Source: an uncultured delta proteobacterium
GTDB taxonomy: Bacteria > Myxococcota_A > Polyangia > Fen-1088
Length of the DNA stretch: 64,000 bases
Assembly: GCA_963767925.1 (NCBI GenBank)
Contig: CAVYGB010000008.1
Coordinates: 736,001-800,000, forward strand
Direction: 5' to 3'
A model generated the notes under the pieces. That model made no database searches, was not told the origin of the DNA, and was given only the letters and a program-made list of their open reading frames with translations. How positions within the stretch are numbered: position 1 is the stretch's first letter; the number at the start of each line of letters is the position of its first letter. Positions 32,922-42,843 of this stretch are shown here, one piece after another. A program made the translations under genes and the position numbers.

Positions 32922-34237
32922 CCCAGGTCCACGCCGACCAGCGGGACGGCCACCGATCGCAGGAAGAAGCGCAGCCCGATCCCCACCGAGGTGTGGGCGT
33001 CGCGCTTGGCGCTGAAGCCCGCCGTGAGATGGCTGGGCGGCAGGAACCGCCGGCCGTCGGCCCGCTCGTAATAGGCCAGCCCGCTGGGATCTACCTCGGG
33101 CAACTCGCGGTACCAGATGGCGGTGGCGTCGTTGAAGATCAGGCCCCGAAAGTCGAGCTTCCGGATGCTGAAGAGCGGGAAGTGGTACTCGAGCTGGGTG
33201 CGCAGGTGGGTATCGCCGGCAAACTGCCGGTGCACGAAGCCGCGCAGGTTCCCCCCGCCCGCCGAGTTCTCGCTCCAGAAGGGCATGTTGCGTCCGACGT
33301 AGGCCCCGCCTCGCAGGATGAAGTTGTGCCGCCGCAGGAAGCGGATGCCGTGCTCGTAAGACGCGCGCGCCTTCCAGTACTTGAACTTGGCGTCCCCCCC
33401 CCAGCGCGGGTCGCCGTGGTCGAGGCTGAAGCTGAGGGCGTTGCCCCACATGACCGCGTGCTCGCGGGCACGAAAGTCGAAGGTCAGCTCGGCCTCGGCG
33501 TAGGCCCGCACACCCCCCTCGGCCGGCGCCGGCAGATCTCCGGTGCCGGGAAACTGCTCCTCGTTGCCCCGCACCCAGCGCACCTGCGGCCGATCGATGC
33601 CCCAGCCGACGCTGGTCTTGACCCGCCGGAACCAGGCCACCCCGAACTTGGCGTTGAAGCCGAAGGAGCGCAGGTTGGTCTCCCGCACCGGCGCCAGCAC
33701 CGACAGATCCATGTTCGAATATTCGGGGATGGTCTGGTCCTGAACGTTCCCGGCGAACTGATAGAACATCCAGGTACCGAACAGCGCCGGGTCCTGGTAG
33801 GCGACGATGGCCCCCGAGTCGGCGGTGGAGAGGCGGCCGCCGATGATGCCGCGTTTGCCCCGGCCGAACAGGTTGCCGTGGGCCACCACCAGCCCGGCCG
33901 ACAGGTTGCCCGGCGCGTACGAGAGGGTCGGCACCGGGGCCCAGGGGAACTTGTCGCGGATGACGATGTTGACCCGCACCCCATCGCGGTAGGGCACCCA
34001 GTACACGTTGACCTCGGAGAACAGGCCGCTCGTGTTGAGCCGCTCGCGCACCTCCTCCAGGGTGTGGACCTCCATGACGTCGCCGATGGCGATCCCCGCG
34101 ATCGATCGGACAGTCTCTTCTTCGGTGCGGGCGTTGTCCTCGACGCGGATGTCCCGGATCACCTCGCCGATGGCGAAGGCTGCCCGCGGGAGCGCCAGGG
34201 CGAGCGCGATCCCGAGCAGGCAAGCGAGTCTATGCAT
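32870..34237 (-). CDS. Omp85 (BamA/TamA-like) outer-membrane protein with one POTRA domain
   Basis: Signal peptide; POTRA (IRVEDNARTEEETV...LNTSGLFSEV); HGNLFGRG; loop-6 motif GGGNLRGF; GIGLRF...GVDLGYG. Confidence 0.8.
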   Translation of the reverse strand: MHRLACLLGIALALALPRAAFAIGEVIRDIRVEDNARTEEETVRSIAGIAIGDVMEVHTLEEVRERLNTSGLFSEVNVYWVPYRDGVRVNIVIRDKFPWAPVPTLSYAPGNLSAGLVVAHGNLFGRGKRGIIGGRLSTADSGAIVAYQDPALFGTWMFYQFAGNVQDQTIPEYSNMDLSVLAPVRETNLRSFGFNAKFGVAWFRRVKTSVGWGIDRPQVRWVRGNEEQFPGTGDLPAPAEGGVRAYAEAELTFDFRAREHAVMWGNALSFSLDHGDPRWGGDAKFKYWKARASYEHGIRFLRRHNFILRGGAYVGRNMPFWSENSAGGGNLRGFVHRQFAGDTHLRTQLEYHFPLFSIRKLDFRGLIFNDATAIWYRELPEVDPSGLAYYERADGRRFLPPSHLTAGFSAKRDAHTSVGIGLRFFLRSVAVPLVGVDLGYGVPEGPVRVVLVIGA

Positions 34238-34284
34238 ACACCCCAGTCTATAACGGGGACTTTGCTTGGCGAGGGATCAGGTGT

Positions 34285-35823
34285 GTGACCTCCACCCCCG
34301 GAGTGGGAGCCGGCGCGCATCCACCGCTGGAACGCCCGGACGCCACGCCAGATGCGGAGCGAATCCTGCGTGGAGCTCCCTCGGAGTATCATCACGGAGC
34401 GGCGATGGGGCAAGGCGGGGGGGCGGGCGAGCGGACACTGACGGCGATGCGTTCTTCCCTGGCGCGCGCCGAGGAGCCCAGCATCCCGATCCTGTTCCTG
34501 GCCGGCGGCGGGCCGGCCGGACCCTCGGCGACCCGGGCGCGCTTCCGGCTGGTGGGTGAGGAGCTGCTCCTCGGCCGCAGCGCCGAGGGGGAGGCGCTCC
34601 CCGAGACGGGCGTGCTGCGCCTGGTTGACCCCCTGATCTCGGGCCGCCACGCCCGCCTCCTGCGCACGGCCGCGGGCCTGGACCTCGAGGATCTCGAGAG
34701 CAAGAACGGGACCCTCCTGCAGGGGCGGCGGCTCACGGGGCGGATCGCGCTGGCCTCCGGGCAGCCCTTCTTCATCGGGGGCCACGCGCTGCTGTGGCGG
34801 ATGGTCTCGGCGATCGAGCTCGAGGCGCTCGAGGCCGAGGCGACCAGCCCCCTGGGTCCGGTCGCAACGGTTTCACCGAGCCTGGCGCTCATCGCCAGCA
34901 AGCTCCGTCGCTGGGCCGAGAGCGGCGACGAGATCCTCCTGCTCGGCGAGAGCGGGGTGGGCAAGGAGGTCTACGCGCGCGCGGTGCACGCCGCCAGCCG
35001 TCTCGCCGGACCGTTCGTCGCGGTCAACTGCGCCGCCCTCCCGCGCGATCTGGTCGAGAGCGAGCTGTTCGGTTACCGCCCGGGGGCCCACTCCACCGCC
35101 CGGGCGGCCAAGCCCGGGCTGATCGAGCGGGCCGAGGGGGGCACCCTCTTTCTCGACGAGATCGGAGAGATGCCCCAGGACGCCCAGGCCAAGCTCCTCC
35201 GCTTTCTCCAGGACCGGGAGCTGCTCCCCCTGGGCGCCACCCAGCCCCGGCGCCTGGACGTGCGGGTGCTGGCCGCCACCAACCGCCCGGTGGCGCCCGA
35301 TCAGCCCGGCTCGCTGCGGGCCGACCTGCTGGGGCGGCTGGGCGCGGCCCCCGTTCACCTGCCGCCGCTGCGCGAGCGGGTCGAGGACCTCGGCGCCCTG
35401 GTCGGTCACATGCTGGAGCGGCTCAGCCGCGTGCGGGCGGCGGGCCCTCCCGAGCTCGAGCCGGCGGCCTTCCGCGCGCTGTTTGCCTACCGCTGGCCGC
35501 TCAACGTGCGCGAGCTCGAGAAGGTCCTGGCCGCCGGGGCGGCGCTCACCCTCGGGACCCGCCCGATCGGGCTGCGGGACCTGCCTCCCGCGCTGGCCGC
35601 GGGGGTCACGGGCACGACCTCACCGGCGCTGCCGGCCGCGGTCGTCGTCCCGGGACGCAAGGCGCCCGCGCCCGGCCCCTCCCCCCAGGAGCTGGCTGCC
35701 TTGCTCGAGCGCCACCAGGGGAACGTGGCCGACGTGTCGCGCGCGCTGGGGCGACAACGCGCAGCGGTCTGGCGCTGGATCAAACGTTTCGGCCTCCCGG
35801 TGGAGCGCTCGAAGAATAAGTAG
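34285..35823 (+). CDS. FHA-domain sigma54-interacting transcriptional regulator (start uncertain)
   Basis: FHA (LLGR...DPLISGRHA...DLESKNGT), GESGVGKE, ESELFGY-GAHSTA, LFLDEIG, WPLNVREL, C-terminal HTH. Confidence 0.87.
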   Translation: MTSTPGVGAGAHPPLERPDATPDAERILRGAPSEYHHGAAMGQGGGAGERTLTAMRSSLARAEEPSIPILFLAGGGPAGPSATRARFRLVGEELLLGRSAEGEALPETGVLRLVDPLISGRHARLLRTAAGLDLEDLESKNGTLLQGRRLTGRIALASGQPFFIGGHALLWRMVSAIELEALEAEATSPLGPVATVSPSLALIASKLRRWAESGDEILLLGESGVGKEVYARAVHAASRLAGPFVAVNCAALPRDLVESELFGYRPGAHSTARAAKPGLIERAEGGTLFLDEIGEMPQDAQAKLLRFLQDRELLPLGATQPRRLDVRVLAATNRPVAPDQPGSLRADLLGRLGAAPVHLPPLRERVEDLGALVGHMLERLSRVRAAGPPELEPAAFRALFAYRWPLNVRELEKVLAAGAALTLGTRPIGLRDLPPALAAGVTGTTSPALPAAVVVPGRKAPAPGPSPQELAALLERHQGNVADVSRALGRQRAAVWRWIKRFGLPVERSKNK

Positions 35824-35846
35824 TAGCCTCCTGGCGGGAGGCGCAC

Positions 35847-37949
35847 ATGCGGTACCTTGCGCTCGCGTTGCTCATCGTTCCGTCCTTTGCCCACGCCGAC
35901 GAGGGCATGTGGACGTTCAACAACTTCCCGAAGGCCAAGCTCGCGCAGAAGCACGGCGTCTCCATCGACGACCGCTGGCTCGACCAGGTGCGGCTCTCCT
36001 CGGTGCGGCTGGCCCAGGGCTGCTCGGGCAGCTTCGTCTCGTCCGAGGGGCTGGTGATGACCAACCACCACTGCGCCGCCGCCTGCATCAGCGAGCTGTC
36101 GACCAGGGATCGCGACCTGATGAAGACCGGGTTCTACGCCCGGGAGGGCAAGGACGAGCTGCGCTGCCCGGCGCTCGAGGTGAACCAGCTCGCCGCCATC
36201 ACCGATGTCACCGAACGGGTCCGCAAGGCCACCGCCGGGCTGGTCGGTCAGACCTACAACGACGCCGAGAAGGCGGAGCAGTCCCGCATCGAGAAGGAGT
36301 GCGCCACCAGCCCCGACCTGCGCTGCGACGTGGTGACGCTCTACCGGGGCGGTGTCTACAACCTCTACAAGTATCAGCGCTTCCAGGATGTCCGCCTCGT
36401 GTTCGCGCCCGAGCTGTCGATCGCCTTTTTCGGGGGGGATCCCGACAACTTCAACTTCCCCCGCTACGCTCTCGACGCCTCCTTCTTGCGGGTCTACCGG
36501 GACGGCAAGCCGGCCCCCGTGGCCAATCACCTGGCCTGGTCGGCCAGCGGCGCCGCCGAAGGCGACGTCACCTTCGTGGCCGGTCATCCCGGCAGCACCA
36601 GCCGCCAGCTCACGGTGGCCCAGCTCGAATTCCTCCGCGACGTCAGCTTGCCCGAGCGCCTGTTGCGGCTGGCCGAGCTGCGCGGCTTGCTGACCGAATA
36701 CCAGCAGCGGGGGCCGGAGCAGCAGCGAACCGCCAGCCACCACCTGTTCTCCGTGGAGAACGCCTTCAAGGCCCTGCGCGGCCGCCACGGCGCCCTGCTC
36801 GACAAGGCGTTCTTCGGGACGCTCGTCGCCGCCGAAGAGAAGCTCGAGGCCCAGGTGGCGGCCAATCCCACCTGGCAGAAGTCGAGCGGGGGGGCCTGGA
36901 CGAAGATCGCCGAGGCTCAGAAGAAGCTGCGCGACCTGCGCAAGCCGTACGGTCTCATCGAGGCGGGCTCGGGCTTCACCAGCGACCTCTTCCAGCACGC
37001 CCGCACGCTGGTCCGCGCGGCCGACGAGCGGAGCAAGCCGCTCGAGACCCGCTTTCGCGAGTTCCGGGACTCGGCCCTGCCCGCGGTCACCCAGAAGCTG
37101 TTCAGCGCCGCCCCGATCTACGACGAGCTGGAGGTGGCCCTGCTGACCTTCTCTCTGACCAAGCTGCGCGAAGATCTCACCGCCGACGATCCCTTCGTGC
37201 GCAAGGTGCTGGGGAAGGAGGCGCCCGCCGAGCTGGCCGAACGGGTCATCCGTCAGAGCAAGCTGAAGGACGTGGCCGTCCGCAAGGCCCTCTGGGCGGG
37301 CGGGCGCAAGGCCATCGACGCCTCCCGCGACCCGCTGATCCTCCTCGCCAAGCTGGTCGACCCCGACGCCCGGGCCGTCCGCAAGCGCTACGAGGAGACC
37401 GTCGAGGCCCCGGTCAAGCAAAACGGGGAGCTGCTGGCCCGGGCTCGCTTCGCCATGGAAGGCACCTCCACCTATCCCGACGCGACCTTCACCTTGCGCC
37501 TCAGCTTCGGCAAGGTGAAGGGCTGGGAGGAGAACGGCCGCCCGGTCCGGCCCGTCACGACCATGGTCGGCTCCTTCGACCGGGCCACCGGCCGGCCGCC
37601 CTTCGATCTGCCGCCGAGCTGGCTGGCCGCCCGGTCCAGGCTCGGCGCCCGCACGCCCTTCAACTTCGTCACCACGAACGACATCATCGGCGGCAACTCG
37701 GGCTCACCGGTCATCAACAAGGAAGGGGAGGTGGTCGGGCTGGTGTTCGACGGAAACATCCACTCGCTGGGCGGGGACTACGGCTTCGACGAGAGCAAGA
37801 ACCGCTCGGTCGCGGTCCACAGCGCGGCCATCCTCGAGGCGCTCGCCAAGATCTACGGGGCCGATCGGCTGGTCAAGGAGCTCCGCCCCCGGGGGACCAA
37901 GCTGGGGTCCGATCAGCCCCGTGATGGGCGGCCGCCGGGCGGTGCCTGA
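35847..37949 (+). CDS. S46 family dipeptidyl peptidase (secreted)
   Basis: Signal peptide then ADEGMW; TNHHC, FFGGDPDNF, YPDATFTLR, DIIGGNSGSPV, FDGN; RBS GGAGG. Confidence 0.92.
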   Translation: MRYLALALLIVPSFAHADEGMWTFNNFPKAKLAQKHGVSIDDRWLDQVRLSSVRLAQGCSGSFVSSEGLVMTNHHCAAACISELSTRDRDLMKTGFYAREGKDELRCPALEVNQLAAITDVTERVRKATAGLVGQTYNDAEKAEQSRIEKECATSPDLRCDVVTLYRGGVYNLYKYQRFQDVRLVFAPELSIAFFGGDPDNFNFPRYALDASFLRVYRDGKPAPVANHLAWSASGAAEGDVTFVAGHPGSTSRQLTVAQLEFLRDVSLPERLLRLAELRGLLTEYQQRGPEQQRTASHHLFSVENAFKALRGRHGALLDKAFFGTLVAAEEKLEAQVAANPTWQKSSGGAWTKIAEAQKKLRDLRKPYGLIEAGSGFTSDLFQHARTLVRAADERSKPLETRFREFRDSALPAVTQKLFSAAPIYDELEVALLTFSLTKLREDLTADDPFVRKVLGKEAPAELAERVIRQSKLKDVAVRKALWAGGRKAIDASRDPLILLAKLVDPDARAVRKRYEETVEAPVKQNGELLARARFAMEGTSTYPDATFTLRLSFGKVKGWEENGRPVRPVTTMVGSFDRATGRPPFDLPPSWLAARSRLGARTPFNFVTTNDIIGGNSGSPVINKEGEVVGLVFDGNIHSLGGDYGFDESKNRSVAVHSAAILEALAKIYGADRLVKELRPRGTKLGSDQPRDGRPPGGA

Positions 37950-37964
37950 GTTGATCGTCCCGGC

Positions 37965-38930
37965 ATGAGCGCCCCCGGGGTGCCGGAGCACCCACGTGAG
38001 GTGCTCGACCGACTCAAGCAGCTCGAGCACGCCCACCTGGCGCGCGCCGGCCGGGACCGCCTGCGGCCCGGCTGGCGGCTGGCGCTCTCCCTCCGTTTCC
38101 TGCGCACGGCGCTCCGGCATCTGTTTCACCGGCCGCGCCTGCGGGCCCCCACGCCGGTCGCCGCCCCGCCCGCGGGCGCGCTGGCCGCCACCTTCGTGGG
38201 CCACGCCACCGTCATGTTGACCACCGCCGAGACGCGGGTGCTGATCGACCCCTGCCTGGGCAACTTCCTGTGGGGGCTTCGCCGCGCCGAAGCCGCTTGC
38301 CTCGACGCGCGCGACGCGGGCGCGACGAACCTCGTGCTGATCTCCCATGCCCACGCGGATCACCTGCACCTGCCCAGCCTGCGCCGGCTGCCCCGCTCGG
38401 CCACCCTCGTCGTGCCCCCGGGCTGCGGGGAGCTCGTCGAGCGGCTGGGCTTCAGCCAGGCGGTCGTGCTCGAGCCGGGGGGCGAGTTCCGCTTTCGCGA
38501 CCTCGTGATCACGGCGGTGGCCGCCCGCCACGGTGGGCGGCGGTCCCTCACCGACTTTCGCTGGCGGGGAGCCTGCGGCTACGTCGTGCGCGGCCAGGGG
38601 GTCACCGTCTACTTCGCCGGGGACACCGGCTACTTCTCCGGGTTCCGGGACCTGGGTCGCCGCATGAAGCCCGACCTGGCCCTGTTGCCGATCTCGGGCT
38701 ACGAGCCCCTCGCGCTCCGCGAAACCCACATGTCCCCCCTCGACGCAGTGGCCGCCTTCGAGGACCTGGAGGCGCGCATCTTCATCCCCATCGCCCACGG
38801 CGCTTTTCCCCTGGGTTACGAGGCCCTCGAGGCCCCCCTGGCCTGGCTACGCCAGCTCTGTGACGAGCGGGGCTACTCCGGGCGCCTGGCCGTGCTGGCC
38901 CCCGGCGAGACCTGCCTCCTGCAGCGATGA
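37965..38930 (+). CDS. MBL-fold metallo-hydrolase (NAPE-PLD/UlaG-like)
   Basis: FVGHAT, SHAHADHL, YFAGDTGY, HMSP. Confidence 0.85.
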   Translation: MSAPGVPEHPREVLDRLKQLEHAHLARAGRDRLRPGWRLALSLRFLRTALRHLFHRPRLRAPTPVAAPPAGALAATFVGHATVMLTTAETRVLIDPCLGNFLWGLRRAEAACLDARDAGATNLVLISHAHADHLHLPSLRRLPRSATLVVPPGCGELVERLGFSQAVVLEPGGEFRFRDLVITAVAARHGGRRSLTDFRWRGACGYVVRGQGVTVYFAGDTGYFSGFRDLGRRMKPDLALLPISGYEPLALRETHMSPLDAVAAFEDLEARIFIPIAHGAFPLGYEALEAPLAWLRQLCDERGYSGRLAVLAPGETCLLQR

Positions 38931-39002
38931 GGGCTTGGGTGGACGGGCCGGCAGCCCCTGGTTAGAGTGCGCCAACCTCGGCGATACGCCGAGCGCCATA
39001 CC

Positions 39003-41360
39003 ATGAGCCTCCACGAAAAACTGCGGCGTGTCCCGTCTGTCGCCTGGGCCGCGCTGTTCGCCCTCTTGCTGGTCTTCCCCTTCCTGGGGTCCTTCGGGTT
39101 CTGGGATCCCTGGGAGCTCAACCTCGCCGAGAAGGCGCGCGACATGATGCGCGCGGGACAGCTCGCCGACCCCACCGCCGGCCGCGGCTACCAGGCCGAG
39201 CCGCCCCTGGATCTGTTCCTGGCCGCCCTGGGGATGAAGCTGTTCGGCGCCCAGGAGCTGGGCGCGCGCCTCGGCAACGCGCTCTTCGCCGTGGGGGCGC
39301 TGCTCTCGGTGTACTGGGCGGGGCTGGGCCTGTTCCGGCGGCGGGCCGCCCTGCTGGCCACCCTGGCCCTCGGCACGATGCCGCTGTTTTTCCTGCAGGC
39401 CCGCCAGCTCACCTCCGACATCCCGCTCATCGCCGGACTGGCCCTCGCCCTCGGCGGGCTGGGGCGTTACACCTGGCCCGCGGCTGGACGGCGCCGGCTA
39501 CAGGACCTCCTCGTCGGCGCGACGGGCATGGCGATCGGCACCCTCTCCGGTGGCGCCATGCTGGGGGTGGCGCTGCCTGCGCTCGCGGTGGCCGGCACGG
39601 TGCTGGTCGTCTGGGGCCTGACCCCGGCCGAGCTGGTGCCGGGAGCCGATCCCGGGTTGACCGCGCCGGGGCTGGGCGCCGACGTGCCCGCCGGCCGCCC
39701 CTTCGGACGCAGCCTGCTGGCCAACCCGCGCGGCATCGCCGTGCTCGTCATCGGGGCGGTGGGGCTCGCGGTGCTGCTGCTGACCCTCACCCGGGCCAAC
39801 CTGGCCGGAGAATATTCGCTCCTGCTCGGCGGGACGCCCAAGGGCGGGACCCCGCCCCACAAGTTCGAGTACCTGATCCGTCAGATCGGCTTCGGCATCT
39901 TCCCCTGGAGCGCGCTGGTGGTCTTCGCCCTGGGGCGGGCCCTGGTGCGCCTCGGTGAAGACGACGCCGGCAAGGGCGCGCGCCTGACCTTCTCCCAGCT
40001 CTACCTGCTGGTGTTCGCCGCCTTCGGGTACGCCCTGGTGACCGTGTTCGTCCTCATGACGGGCGAGGCGCGCTTCGCGCCGCTGGCCGCCCTGGCCCTC
40101 GCGGTTGGCGCCTTCCTGGACGAGGCCCTCGAGGGCGAGCGGGTCGAGCCGGTGCTCGGGCTCGTGGTGGGCACCGGCACGATGGTCGTGGCGCGCGATC
40201 TGTTCCTGGCGCCCGAGGAGCTGGCCTCGCTCCACGTCCTCAACAAGGTCAAGTGGCCGCCCCAGCTTCGGCTCGGCCCGATCTTCCTGGTGGCCGGTCT
40301 CGTTGTCGCGCTCGGCATCTACCTGGGCCTGGCTACCCGCGGCCGAGCGCTGGCCAAGGTGGGCCCCCGGGAAGGGGGGACAGCGGGGTCCTGGCGCGGC
40401 CGGCTCGAGGGCCTCCTCGTCCAGGTCGGGCGCTGGGGCATCCACGGCGCGGTCGCCGGGGCAGTGATCTTCGCCCTCGGGATCGCCCACCTGCTCGTCC
40501 CCACCCTGTCCCGGCACTACTCGTTCAAGCCGGTCCTCGAGTCCTTCTCGCGCTACGCCCAGGGCGACGAGCCGATCGCCAAGTTCCGGGTGGAGGGGCA
40601 CGGCACCGGGTTTTACAGCGCGCGAGAGATGACCGACCTGCCGAGCCAGGATCGGGTGGTCGCCTTCCTCCGCCCGGAGAAGCGCGCGTTCGTCCTGGTG
40701 GCCTCGGAGGAGCTGGGCTCGCTGGACGCCGCGCTCCGGCTCGCCCGCGTCGACTACGTCGTGGTGGACGCCTCCTCTTCCCGTTTCCTCCTGCTGTCGA
40801 ACCGCCTGGGCAGCGGGGAGGAGGATCAGAACCCGCTGAAGAAATACGTGTGGATGGCGCCGCGCGTGCCCACGCCTGCCCCGGCGGGTGACAACACCGG
40901 CGGCATGCGCCACGACTGGCCCCAGGAGAAACCACCCTGGCCGCCGCCCCGGGTCGTTGCCGGCGCCGAGTTCGGCAACTCCATCGAGCTGCTGGGGGCG
41001 GAGTATCCGGCGGTGATCCGGCGGCCGGCCAAGATCCCGCTGACCCTGCACTTCCGTGTCAATCAGCGCCCGCCCGGGGGGTACAAGGTGTTCGTCCACT
41101 TCGACTCCACGGGCAACCCGCGGGTGCTGGGCGACCACGCACCGCTCGACGGTGTTTTTCCCACGTCGTACTGGCTTCCAGGGGAGTACATTAAGGACTT
41201 CGTGGAGGTGGACGTCCCTCTCATGACCACGCCCGCCGGGGTGTACACGCTCTACATCGGCTTCTGGCCGGGTGGAGAGCAGAAGCGACTTCGCGTAACC
41301 GGCGGCACCCTGGGAGATGGATTCGATCGTGTTCGGGTGGGAACCATTGACATCCGCTAG
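39003..41360 (+). CDS. GT-C fold membrane glycosyltransferase (ArnT/PMT, GT39/83-like) with periplasmic C-terminal domain
   Basis: GFWDPWE acidic first-loop motif, EPPL, many TM helices, C-terminal YKVFVHFD...DHAP...YWLPGEYI beta domain. Confidence 0.75.
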   Translation: MSLHEKLRRVPSVAWAALFALLLVFPFLGSFGFWDPWELNLAEKARDMMRAGQLADPTAGRGYQAEPPLDLFLAALGMKLFGAQELGARLGNALFAVGALLSVYWAGLGLFRRRAALLATLALGTMPLFFLQARQLTSDIPLIAGLALALGGLGRYTWPAAGRRRLQDLLVGATGMAIGTLSGGAMLGVALPALAVAGTVLVVWGLTPAELVPGADPGLTAPGLGADVPAGRPFGRSLLANPRGIAVLVIGAVGLAVLLLTLTRANLAGEYSLLLGGTPKGGTPPHKFEYLIRQIGFGIFPWSALVVFALGRALVRLGEDDAGKGARLTFSQLYLLVFAAFGYALVTVFVLMTGEARFAPLAALALAVGAFLDEALEGERVEPVLGLVVGTGTMVVARDLFLAPEELASLHVLNKVKWPPQLRLGPIFLVAGLVVALGIYLGLATRGRALAKVGPREGGTAGSWRGRLEGLLVQVGRWGIHGAVAGAVIFALGIAHLLVPTLSRHYSFKPVLESFSRYAQGDEPIAKFRVEGHGTGFYSAREMTDLPSQDRVVAFLRPEKRAFVLVASEELGSLDAALRLARVDYVVVDASSSRFLLLSNRLGSGEEDQNPLKKYVWMAPRVPTPAPAGDNTGGMRHDWPQEKPPWPPPRVVAGAEFGNSIELLGAEYPAVIRRPAKIPLTLHFRVNQRPPGGYKVFVHFDSTGNPRVLGDHAPLDGVFPTSYWLPGEYIKDFVEVDVPLMTTPAGVYTLYIGFWPGGEQKRLRVTGGTLGDGFDRVRVGTIDIR

Positions 41361-41367
41361 GGGGGGA

Positions 41368-41796
41368 ATGCGGGCCAAGGATCGCCGCCGCCGTGCGCTG
41401 CCGGTGGAGGAAGACCGTCGCAGCGCCCGCGATCGGCGGGGTCATGAGCGGGTTCTGGTTCACATCGAGGTGGACTACCGCTGCGACGACACCTTCCTGT
41501 TCGCCTACATCACCGACCTGTCGGCGATGGGCATCTTCATCCGGACCGCGCTGCCCAATCCGCCGGGAACCCGGCTGAACCTGCATTTCGCCCCGCCCGG
41601 CAGCGCGCCCATCGACGTCGAGGGGGAGGTCATGTGGACCAACCCCAACCGACCCGGGCGCGCCGAGAACCTGAATCCCGGCATGGGTGTGCAGTTCGTC
41701 GACCTGACGCCGCAGCAGCGGGATCGGGTCATGAGCCTGGTGCGTACGTTCGCCTATCTCAGCGACGACGACGGCGACCCCAAGGGGAACTCCTAG
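41368..41796 (+). CDS. PilZ-domain protein (myxobacterial TIGR02266-like)
   Basis: RRGHER (RxxxR), DLSAMGIFIRT (DxSxxG), GEVMWT, PGMGVQF. Confidence 0.85.
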   Translation: MRAKDRRRRALPVEEDRRSARDRRGHERVLVHIEVDYRCDDTFLFAYITDLSAMGIFIRTALPNPPGTRLNLHFAPPGSAPIDVEGEVMWTNPNRPGRAENLNPGMGVQFVDLTPQQRDRVMSLVRTFAYLSDDDGDPKGNS

Positions 41797-41956
41797 TGCA
41801 CCGTTCTCGAAATATCGTCAAGGCTGCGCCGACGATCCTGCGCCCCCGCTTCGTTGCTCCTCCTCGGAATATGCCGGATATTCGTCGTCGTCGCGCCTCG
41901 CGGGGCCGCAGGCTTGTCGGCGGATCCTTGACGCTATTTCGAGAGCGGTGCACTAG
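41793..41956. repeat. 164-bp imperfect palindrome bounded by CTAG (MITE/REP-like element)
   Basis: Terminal 31-bp inverted repeats with 2 mismatches (ctagtgcaccgttctcgaaatatcgtcaagg ... ccttgacgctatttcgagagcggtgcactag); pairing continues inward. Confidence 0.8.
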
Positions 41957-41965
41957 CAGGCTGCC

Positions 41966-42541
41966 GTGACCGGACGGATTCGCCAGTCCGTGTCCAGGCC
42001 GGAGGAGGGCGAGGCCGTTCGGGTCGGCTGGGTCGAGCGCGTGTCGCTGCCCGACCTCGGGCTGTGGGGGCTGGCGGCGAAGGTCGACACGGGGGCCCGC
42101 ACCTCGGCGCTGCACGTCCGTTCCATCGAGCCGATCCTCAAGGGGCTGGGGGAGGGGACCTCGGACCGCTCGCTGTTCATCGTCTTGCCCCCCTTGGGCC
42201 GCGCCGGCGAGCGTCGCCTCATGCGGGTGGTGGTCAAGGACTGGGTCGAGGTGCGAGACACCTCGGGTCGCTGCGAGCGGCGACCGGTGGTGGAGACCTC
42301 GTTCGAGCTCGGGCCCATTCGCCAGACGATCCGGCTGACCCTGACCGACCGGGGTGACATGCGCTACCAGATGCTCGTCGGACGCACGGCGATCCCGCCC
42401 GGCGTGCTCGTCGATCCGGGGGCGCGGTTCCTGCTCAGCCCCCAGGAGGTGCCCGCCGCCCGGTCGCTGGCTGCTGCGCGCTCGTCGGTCGGGGGCCGTC
42501 CCGTCCGGCGTTCGCTCAAGCGCAGCCAGGCGAAAATTTGA
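41966..42541 (+). CDS. Retropepsin-like 'ATP-dependent Zn protease' family protein (RimK-associated/RimB-like)
   Basis: VGWVE...LPDLG, AKVDTGARTSALH, ERRPVV, LTDRGDMRYQMLVGR. Confidence 0.85.
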   Translation: MTGRIRQSVSRPEEGEAVRVGWVERVSLPDLGLWGLAAKVDTGARTSALHVRSIEPILKGLGEGTSDRSLFIVLPPLGRAGERRLMRVVVKDWVEVRDTSGRCERRPVVETSFELGPIRQTIRLTLTDRGDMRYQMLVGRTAIPPGVLVDPGARFLLSPQEVPAARSLAAARSSVGGRPVRRSLKRSQAKI

Positions 42542-42571
42542 CAGCCAGCGCGGCTCGCCGAAGATGCTCGT

Positions 42572-42808
42572 ATGCGAGCGGATTCGAGCCTGGCGGTCGG
42601 CAGCGTCATGGGCGCTCTGCGTCGCAGTCGGGAGGCCGTCGAGGAGATCGACGGTGATCTGGACACCGTCCTGGACTGGCTCCACGACCCGAGCGCCCCG
42701 CTCGATTCGGACGTCCCGGATCGGCTCGCCCGGCGCGCGCGCGACGCGGGCGAGGCCATCGACGCGCTCACCCCCCTGCGTGAGATCGCCTCGCACCCCA
42801 TCTTCTGA
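42572..42808 (+). CDS. Small helical hypothetical protein
   Basis: 78-aa ORF with host codon bias between two same-strand genes. Confidence 0.5.
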   Translation: MRADSSLAVGSVMGALRRSREAVEEIDGDLDTVLDWLHDPSAPLDSDVPDRLARRARDAGEAIDALTPLREIASHPIF

Positions 42809-42843
42809 GCGGCCGCTCCCCGGGGCCAGGTAGGCTCCCCCGC

